A stretch of DNA of 47,627 bases, taken from assembly GCA_010093995.1 (NCBI GenBank), contig ML992534.1:1-47627 (forward strand), read 5' to 3'. The translations under genes were made by a program, and so were the position numbers. Source of the stretch: Elsinoe ampelina. Taxonomy: Eukaryota. Each line of letters opens with the position of its first letter. Positions within the stretch are counted from its first letter, which is position 1. Below are positions 36,752 through 45,240 of the stretch, piece by piece. The notes below the pieces were generated by a model. It was not told where the DNA came from. It was given only the letters and a program-made list of their open reading frames with translations, and ran no database searches.

Positions 36752-38721
36752 ATGAGGCTCACCCTCTCTCTCCTCTCGCTCCTACCACTGCTGGCTTCGG
36801 CCGCACCGGTCGCCAATGACTACGAATATGTCATCGTCGGTAGTGGTGCCGGTGGCGGACCTCTCGCTTGTCGCCTCGCCATGGCCGGCAAGAAGACACT
36901 CCTCATCGAGGCTGGCGACGATCAGGTTGGCAATGTAAACATCACTGTCCCCGGCTACCAGGGTGTCGTCACACAAGACCCAAAACTCAGATGGGATATC
37001 TTCGTCAACCACTACAAGGACCAGAACAGGGCGAAGCGGGATCCCAAGTTCACATACGAGACGAACCCTTTCGAGTTCTACACCAGCGTGGAGAACAAGC
37101 CGATACCATCAGGTGCAAAAGAGAAGGGTATCCTCTACCCTCGTGCTGGTACTCTAGGAGGATGCATCACCCACAATGCCCTCATTTGGATTACCCCTCG
37201 TATGTCTCACTGTCCTACCGGGCGTCTCTCGGTCCGCTTGACTGACAATTCGCAGATGCTTCTGATTGGGAGAACATCCGCCGGATCACAGGTGACCTAA
37301 CTTGGAGCGCCTTGAACTTGGGTGGTAACATTCTCAACAAGGTCTATTCCTGGCTGCCCACTGGACCGACAGACCCTACCATTCTTCTGGGAGACCTGCC
37401 CTTCGCACAGCACCTTGCTGGTGGTGCTGCGGTCATGGGCGCTGGGCCACCTCTCGTAGACGCCATCACTGGTTTGACCGGCACCCTCCTCGTCGATCCC
37501 AACTCCCGCCTCAACCCCCTCCGTGACTCCACCCAGGGCTTCTTCCAGATCCCACTCACCCAGAAAAGCGGCGCCCGCTACGCTGTCCGCGACTTCATCG
37601 CCGACACCGTCGCCAAAGGCTACCCTTTGACCGTAAAGACCGACACACATGTGACCAAGATCCGCTTCGTGCAAGACGCTGGTCAACCCCGCGCCGTCGG
37701 TGTCGACTATCTCGAAGGCAAGCACCTCTACCGCGCCAGCCCCCTGAGCGGCGCCTCCGGTACTCCCGGCTCCGTCGACGCCAGCAAAGAAGTCATCATC
37801 TCCGGCGGCGCCTTCAACACCCCTCAAATCCTCAAACTCTCCGGCATCGGTCCCGCCGCCGAACTCCGCAAGTTCAACATCCCCGTAGTCAAAGACCTCC
37901 CCGGCGTCGGCACCAACATGCAAGACCGCTACGAAATCCCCGTCAACGTCAAACAGCAACGCGACTTCTCCATCCTCGCCGGCTGCACCTTCGACTCGTC
38001 TCCCTCGGACCCCTGCCTGCGCAAATGGCAAACCTCGCCCAACATCCTCGCCCAACGGGGCGCCTACGCCACCAACGGCCTCGCGGCGACAATGAGCATC
38101 AACTCGCGCTTCGCCGACAGCAAAGACATCGACCTGTACGTCTTCGGCGGGCCCATCAACTTCGTGGGCTACTTCCCGCAATGGGCCGACTACGCGGTCC
38201 GCGACAAGAGTTTCTTCAGCTGGTACACGCTCAAAGCCCACTCGCGCAACAAGGCCGGGACCGTGGAGCTCGCCTCGGCCGACCCCCTGGATACCCCCCT
38301 CATCAACTTCAACTACTTCGACACGGGCACGACGGCCGGCGCCGCCGACGTCAAGGATCTCAACGCCATGATCCAGGCCGTGAACATGTCCCGCCAAGCA
38401 CTCCGCGAGTACGGCCGTTACAGTGTCCTTGGCGGGACGCCCTTTGAGGAGATCGAGCCCGGTCCGGACGTGCAGACGGATGCGCAGATCGGGCAGTACA
38501 TCAAGGATAGAGCGTGGGGCCATCATGCTTGTTGCACGGCGCCGATCGGCGCGAGTAGTGACCCCATGGCGGTGTTGGATAGTAAGTTCCGGGTGAGAGG
38601 GGTCAAGGGGTTGAGGGTGGTGGACGCGAGTGTCTTCCCGAGCATTCCGGGGATTTTCATACAGGCGCCGACGATGATGATCAGTGAGAAGGCGGCGGAT
38701 GCCATTTTGAATAATCTGTGA
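36752..38721 (+). CDS. Secreted GMC (AA3-like) flavin oxidoreductase; exons 36752-37199, 37256-38721
   Basis: Signal peptide, VIVGSGAGGG FAD motif, YPRAGTLGGCITHNA, SGGAFNTPQILKLSGIG, WGHHACC and LRVVDASVFP. Intron 37200-37255 restores the frame. Confidence 0.92.
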
Positions 38722-39056
38722 GGAAGGAAAAGGGCGAAGAGGGAAGGGGCAGATGAAAGGAATGATGGAAATGAAGTAATGTCCAATTGTACCTACCTGA
38801 AGACGATACTGCGTGATGACCAACAGTAAAACCGCCACAAAAACAGTCAAGAGGCACAAGAACGGAGGTACACGGTCAAGCTGGTGCTGTTGGATACAAG
38901 CGAGCGACATACAGCTGCAGTGTAAGCATAGGTATGAGTAATGCAGAACATAACAAGCTGTCCCGGCAGATGTTGAATCCCAGGTCAAGCGATATCAGGT
39001 ATTGAACCTCGACAAGTCAGCAGTTGACGGACGCCTCTCGGAAGGGATATGGACAC

Positions 39057-40264
39057 TCAAGCATCGACAATTCTCTTCTTAGTCCTCTGCAGCGTCATAG
39101 CCGCCACAATGACAGGCAAGACGCTCACAATCTCTCCCAGCCCGGCATAAGCAGGCGGGATACGGATCCTGACAAATGCTCCGGCGGCCAGCAAAATGGC
39201 AAATACATTGTACACGGCTGACCAGACGAAGTTGAAGACGATACATCTGAAGCGCCTTCTTGAAACGTCAAGAAGGACGAGGATGCCATCTAGTCCGCCG
39301 AGGAGGACTACAGGAGCGGTGGCCTTGGTCACGTCTGAAGTGTTTCCAATCTGCACGCCGACATTGGCTTGAGCGACAGCGATATGACTTCGGTAGAAAG
39401 AAGGTCGATGCTTTGATACTTGCTCACAATCTGGGAGCAGGAGAAGCCAGTATCCTTCTCCAACTCGTCGATGACGCCGCGCAGGGTAGCAGTGGACTCG
39501 ATATCGAATTCAGCCACGCCTGGATCGATGCTTGAGAAGATGAACACGACGAAGGAAGCCGATCGAGGACTGTGCGGCAGATACAGAGACCTTTCACGAG
39601 GAGACCAGATAGCTCATCGAATGTCCGCTGAAGGTGATCGGCACATGCACTGCCAGCCGGCTCCTTGACACCGCAGGACGGTTTGTCAGTGCTGTCAGAG
39701 ACGCTCGTCTCGCCATCGCAGCAGGTGTCCTCGATGATCGGGTCCTTCTCTTTCGAGGCATTCACGTCCAAGAAACAGCAGGCAGAGAGTTCCATCCTTT
39801 CGACGCTACCACAGCAGCCACCTTCGGGACTGACTTCTTGCTTCATGACATTCGCCTTGACCGGACCGTTGCTACCCTCCGCGAGCTCCTGGCAGCAGCT
39901 GGCAGATCCGTTATCGCTGTCGCTGTCACCGGAGCAGCAGGATCTGTTCACGTGTCTGCAGATGGTCTGCTTCGTTTCGACGGAGCTGCATGACTTGGTG
40001 GGAGTAACAGTGTCTGATTCGCAGCATGTCTTTTCGTGTCTCGAACATGCTTTGGCGGTGGGGAGACTCTCTACGGACGTTCGAAGATGTGCGGTATCGG
40101 TGCTGCAGCGCAAGGAGGCTATCTTTCGGATGCATTCACTTCTACAAATCGAATGAGTCAGGGTACAACATTCTCTGTGACAGCAGTGACTCACCGTCGC
40201 AGCGGGATCCTACGCAGTCCTTGAACACACTGCTATTACAGTAGGCCTTGGTGTTGACACCCAT
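39057..40264 (-). pseudogene. Relic of a P1B-type heavy-metal ATPase (Pca1-like, Cys-rich N-terminus) with two large internal deletions and frameshifts
   Basis: Cys-Cys-rich N-terminus, then an HMA-like tail ([16 protein letters not shown]) in another frame, then a P1B C-terminus ([62 protein letters not shown]) in a third frame. TGE, CPC, DKTGT and GDG motifs are absent. Confidence 0.85.
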
Positions 40265-40305
40265 GATGGTTCGGGCGGGACGTGATTGCTATGAATGGTA
40301 GATCT

Positions 40306-40501
40306 CAGGGGTTGTTCAGAAACGGACTTGGACCCTGACGAACCCCCTGGAAAAGGGGGCCGAAGCCCCGGGCTAATCTAACTAACCATTGTCCCGGAAT
40401 TTTGAATCATGGTCCCCGGAAATTTGACGCGGCACGCGAAGTACTTAACGCGTGCGAGAACGAGACGCGATTTGAGCACTTTCACGCGTTCCGGGTGAAC
40501 A
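40306..40501. other. Compact structured segment: nested inverted repeats, C(UUCG)G hairpin, CCCGGAAWTTT direct repeats and an ACGCG cluster
   Basis: CAGGGG..TCAG / CTGA..CCCCCTG inverted repeat (40306-40349), CCCCCT-GGAAA-AGGGGG (40343-40359), GGGGC-CGAA-GCCCC (40356-40369), GCACGCG-AAGTACTT-AA-CGCGTGC (40432-40455), and five ACGCG in ~65 bp. Function unknown. Confidence 0.55.
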
Positions 40502-40503
40502 CT

Positions 40504-41835
40504 TTAGCTATTTTCAACTCCATCTCCAAAAGACAGAACCCGGGTCTTTACCACGGACGCCATATCAAGGGCTTCGATGATTCTTTCTATCCCCGCCACA
40601 AGATATTCCCACGGATGGGAAAAGGTGATCCTGAAGAAACCAGGTTTCTCTGAGCCAAAGCTCGATCCGCTTGCCAGGAACACCTTGTGCTTCCACAATC
40701 GATCCATGATCGTCTTGGTCACGTCTTCGTCCGCCTCAATTGTATGCTTCTTCGACCACGTCTTGCCCAGATCAACCCACAGGAAGAAACCAGCATTGCA
40801 CCCTTTGGCATACTCTATGCCGTGACTGTTCAAGATCTCCGTCGTCTTCTGGTAGGCTTCCGCTATGCGTCGATGATTGTCTCTCACATACCCTTCTATC
40901 CATTTGCTATCCTCGAGCAGTTCCGCCACAGCATGATCCGCCAGGCCGGAAGCATAGGAATGGATCGTCGAGACGGTCAATGAATCGTGGAAGCTCTTGT
41001 TGTCCTGTGAGACGATGCAACCTAGCCTGAGTCCATTCGCACCAAAGTCCTTGGATACGCCCCATAAAACATGCACAAACGAAGGATCGAGTAGACCGTC
41101 GGTGTCTATCGACAAGATCGAGGTAAAGCCGGCAGCGTCTTTTGACTCCTCATTCTGCCAAGTCGACAAAGCATACACCTCATCACTGACCAGGTGTACG
41201 CCATGTTTCCCACAAAGCCGCAGGTAAGCCTTTAACGCCTCCTTGCTGTAGCACCTTCCCAAGGGGTTGTGAGGGTTGCACAGCATAAGAGCGCCCACCT
41301 TCACGCCACGCTCTTTGGCGTTCAGTAGTGCTTTCTCATACCATTCCACTGCCTCTGCTGACATTGGATCCACATCTCCAAACGGCACTCTCACCAGCTC
41401 GGCATCGAATCTTCCCGTCAAGTCGGACTTGAAAGCACCATAGTGGGGCTGACCTAGGAGCCAGCCCTCGCCGGGATCCGTAAAGGCCCAGGAGCAATGC
41501 TCAATTGCACTCGAGACGCCATTGGTAATGATGACATGCTCTGCCTCGATTGTCCTTCTGGGTCTCAGATGCTGCGTCAGGAATCTGCCGAGAGTCGCTC
41601 GTAGTCGTTTCGAGCCTTTCGGCCCTTCACCATAGGTAAGGCTATGTTCTGGCGCAGTCGGGATCCTGTTGATGCGAGATATCAATTCCGGGTGCATCAG
41701 ACGGTTTTCCGCTACACCCAAGTTGATGAAGCCATCCGGGTTGCTTTCTGGGTGGTAGGAATTGGCGTACACCTGCCAGATCAGGGCGCGAGGAGAATTT
41801 CCTGATTCAATCTCTGCACGGCGCGAGAGAGCCAT
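40504..41835 (-). CDS. PLP-dependent class I/II aminotransferase, ACC-synthase-like
   Basis: NPDGFINLGVAEN, CNPHNPLGRCY, VSDEVYA, PLP-lysine motif WGVSKDFGANGLRLG and PGFFRITF. The likely start is ATG 41835 (MALSRR). Confidence 0.9.
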   Translation of the reverse strand: MALSRRAEIESGNSPRALIWQVYANSYHPESNPDGFINLGVAENRLMHPELISRINRIPTAPEHSLTYGEGPKGSKRLRATLGRFLTQHLRPRRTIEAEHVIITNGVSSAIEHCSWAFTDPGEGWLLGQPHYGAFKSDLTGRFDAELVRVPFGDVDPMSAEAVEWYEKALLNAKERGVKVGALMLCNPHNPLGRCYSKEALKAYLRLCGKHGVHLVSDEVYALSTWQNEESKDAAGFTSILSIDTDGLLDPSFVHVLWGVSKDFGANGLRLGCIVSQDNKSFHDSLTVSTIHSYASGLADHAVAELLEDSKWIEGYVRDNHRRIAEAYQKTTEILNSHGIEYAKGCNAGFFLWVDLGKTWSKKHTIEADEDVTKTIMDRLWKHKVFLASGSSFGSEKPGFFRITFSHPWEYLVAGIERIIEALDMASVVKTRVLSFGDGVENS

Positions 41836-42250
41836 GACAAAAAAGACACAAGCGATCGCTTGCGGTGGTGACCAGCACGGAGTGCCAGTAGTGTTGTTGG
41901 CTGTCTTGATGCTCACTGCGTGAGCGTGGAAGAGTCTGATCCGATCCACCAGTGACTCACAGTCTGCAAGCAGGGGCAATCACAGTTTGGAGGCGTAATT
42001 TGTTGCGTATCTACGAACACTACTACAAGTCCAGTTGATAACCTTGAAAATCCTGGTGTGAATCATGATGGACAGCCACATGGTCGAAGATCTGGGTGGG
42101 GCACACCCCACACTTGAAGATCGGATGGCGCAACTTGTGCTGAGGCCTGCCACGCCGCAGGCATCCCCGTGTCTTTACCAACAGCGACGGGACTCCCCCA
42201 ACTCGCTCTCCTCGTCACTACGCACACTTATATCAGTCGACGATACCAGA

Positions 42251-43090
42251 ATGGCTACCACACCGCATCAACTCTTCCTTCTTGCCGATCACATCAAGCT
42301 CACACTTCTGGAACGACAGCGAGCCCAGTCGCTTTCGCTTGCGACCACGGCTCAGTCCTCGCAGATCTCACGCTCTCTTGAGTCGCTACGAGATGGTCTG
42401 GCCTCATTAGCCCGTCAAAAATTCGATGAAGAAGCTGCGGGCGAAGATATCACGGATCTCGAGAGTCAGATTTCCCGATTGCAATCACAATACGATGAGC
42501 TCGAAGCCGACTTCTCCTCTTCCAACACATCCGAAGTGACAAAGACGCCGAACGACCCAGCACTTCAACGAGACTTCGCAGCGGCACAATCGAGACCCCA
42601 AGGGATGCGCTCATCATCACTGCGAAAAGGCGCAAAATCACCTGGCTCGAAAGCTGTACGATTCCGGGACAATCCATCGGCAGAAGAAGGACCCTACAAG
42701 GACGATGTGGCAGACGAGGCCACCCGCGCAGCTCTTTTCGATAAGCCGTATAGTGATGAAACTGAAGGGCCGGACCAGGAGAACATGGACAATCAGCAGA
42801 TACATACATATCATAAGCAAGTACTCAGGGACCAGGATGATCAGCTTGATCAGCTGGGATTGTCGATAGGTCGGCAACGGGATCTGAGCATTCAGATGGG
42901 CAACGAGCTGGACGACCAAGCTGTACTGCTGGACGATGTTGATCAATCGGTGGACAGGCATCAAGGTACACTGGACAGGGCGAAGGGAAGGCTCAACAAG
43001 ATCAGTAGAGGAGCCAAGGACAACTGGAGTTGGGTGACGATTGGATGCCTCATACTTGTACTGGTGCTTCTTATCGTCCTACTAAAGTAA
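42251..43090 (+). CDS. SYN8: Qc-SNARE, Syn8/syntaxin-8-like
   Basis: N-terminal LLADHIKLTLLERQR, SNARE coil QDDQLDQLGLSIGRQRDLSIQMGNELDDQ and a C-terminal transmembrane anchor. The likely start is ATG 42251. Confidence 0.85.
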   Translation: MATTPHQLFLLADHIKLTLLERQRAQSLSLATTAQSSQISRSLESLRDGLASLARQKFDEEAAGEDITDLESQISRLQSQYDELEADFSSSNTSEVTKTPNDPALQRDFAAAQSRPQGMRSSSLRKGAKSPGSKAVRFRDNPSAEEGPYKDDVADEATRAALFDKPYSDETEGPDQENMDNQQIHTYHKQVLRDQDDQLDQLGLSIGRQRDLSIQMGNELDDQAVLLDDVDQSVDRHQGTLDRAKGRLNKISRGAKDNWSWVTIGCLILVLVLLIVLLK

Positions 43091-44238
43091 TACGAGGCAC
43101 AACCGCCAGGAAGAGACGGACATGAGCTTGGTCGATATTGATCTAGATACCCTGTAATGACCCACTAGCGTTGCGTTTTCGCATTTGCATGCTCTGCCAC
43201 AAGCCTTACCAGATCTCAGCAGCAAATTTTGATCTGCTGCGTGCATTCATTCTCTCATTGCGGCTCGTGATTCTGGCGGCTCTGGATGCCTTGGGGCTAG
43301 TAATACCCTGATGGGTATGCTTGCGATCACTCATCCGCGTCCAGAACATAAGAGGCACCTGGTACCCATGTTCTTCCGCCTCCGCTACACCCACATCAAT
43401 TCTCACGGGCATGGACCGAACACGATGTCACAGACGGGAATCTCAAGTTGTACACTGCTGGCTAGGTCAATCTGACTTGGGAAGCACAAGCTGTTCTGTG
43501 GCCAGGCCAGCCCAACATCACACACGCACAACGAACTGCCTGACGAGTTCGTCACCCTCCATCGCTGGCTTTACGATCAACTAAAGCCGTGACATCTGAT
43601 GGAATCATCTGCTCAATGGGCGCTTGACGAACTATCCGTCAAGGTTAGAGTGAGTCTGCGCCGATGGGACCGACCTCGGAGTATTCTTTCGGAAGCTTCT
43701 TGTGGTTCATCAACGTCACTCTGCTTTGGCGATCTACCGGTACCCCGCCAGATTGGTGCTCGCAAATAATGAACGAGATTTGGAATTGTGCAGACAGGGA
43801 CTGACATTTCCGGTGAGCATCATTGATAGGACTGGCAGCCTGAACAGCCTCTCCGATCATTGATGGTGTCATCAAGCAGACGCCCCGGCGTCTACAAGGC
43901 TCCTGGAGACGACGAATCGCATACTATCCTCTCATCAGAGGGTGTCGAGGTATGAAAATATGCACTACCGATACAGCTGCCACGAGCAACGTTCAGGACG
44001 TAGCTCGCGCTAGCGGCTGATGGAGCTGGTCCAGCTCCAAGGTACTGAAAGGTGAGCACCGAGTGTGATGTCAAATACATGACCCGCGGTTTGTGTACTA
44101 TTGGGCATCTCTCGCGGTGCACTTAAGTAGTCCCATTTTCCTCCTTCTCTTCACCAGATCATTTGCTCATTCCCACACCATCCAAGAACAATCACAACAA
44201 CCCGCACAGTACCATACCAATCCTTCAAGACCGCAGTC

Positions 44239-44711
44239 ATGCCTACCTACGAAGCCGAGTGCCATTGTGGCCACCACAAGTGGGAATGGACCTTGAACGA
44301 GGACCAGAGCAAGCACATTCTATGGTATGTCTATTCTTCACTTGTCCTAAGACTGTTTGTAACATACCCCACAGCCACTGTAATACCTGCAAGATCCTGT
44401 CGGGCTCGACCTACACCCTCAACCAAATCGTGCCCAAGTCCTCTCTCAAGATCACCTCGGGCGGCGAGCCAGGTGTATACACCTACAAGGGTGACAGCGG
44501 CAAGGACGTCAACTGCTACTACTGCCCAAAGTGCACCACCCACATCTACCACCACCAGACGGTCATGGGTGATGATACCATCATCGCCAGGACGGGTATC
44601 CCGAAGGAGGCCAGAGACAAATTCCCCGTCGGTGCCGAGATCTATGGCAAGGATAAGTTGAGCTGGGAGCCAAAGATTGCCGAGACTTTCGACGTCCTAC
44701 CACCTCAGTAG
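44239..44711 (+). CDS. GFA/CENP-V (Mss4-like) zinc-binding protein; exons 44239-44324, 44375-44711
   Basis: CHC..CHCNTC..GDSGK..YYCPKC zinc-ligand pattern, completed by intron 44325-44374. Confidence 0.9.
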
Positions 44712-45240
44712 GAAGATAGTACATGATCGGGTGTGGAGTCGAAAATCAAGATACCATCAATAGCTCGAGTTCAGAATGAGAATTTGCTTCTGCTCCACCC
44801 CCTATCTCTATGATATGTTAGCACATTGGGAATGTTTATTGCTAAGCTTCAGTACGACCCCACATTGGGGAGCCCTGGAGGCTGCACCTGCAGCGCGGCT
44901 TATAGCTTTTCGTCGATGATGACAGCCCTTTTCACATTGTCCCTGGTCCACAGCTTGCTATCGAGCTGTAGTCAGCCTTTTCTGCAAGGCAACGACGCAC
45001 GCATCCTCTTGCTTCACGCAAAACATGTGTAGACATTATTGGTCGGGACGGAACACATTTCAAAGGCTGTCCAAGCTGACACCTGCTCGATTGTGTCATC
45101 ACTAGGTAAGGACAAGAATTGCGAGCTGACCGCATCCTGGTTCCTGCAGATTATCTCCCGTCTATACCCGTCAAACGTTTCGACCAACATACCTTCCACG
45201 CGTTCTCCCAAACTTCGTAGATGCTGATTTCAACATCAAA

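Noticed and set aside
37297..38988. 563-aa ORF antisense to the GMC oxidoreductase
   Set aside because: Codon-register antisense shadow of a GC3-rich gene; its V/G/D/E-rich composition is typical of such artefacts.
18631..40501. Starship giant transposon as the origin of the accessory block (NLR-like and metal-ATPase genes are known cargo types)
   Set aside because: No DUF3435 tyrosine-recombinase captain and no identifiable boundary repeats in the window; cargo-like content alone is insufficient.
30648..41835. Secondary-metabolite gene cluster (amidohydrolase, GMC, aminotransferase)
   Set aside because: No PKS, NRPS, terpene synthase or other backbone enzyme, transporter or cluster transcription factor is present.
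43206..44122. Short minus-strand ORFs between SYN8 and the GFA gene
   Set aside because: No recognisable product or convincing exon chain.
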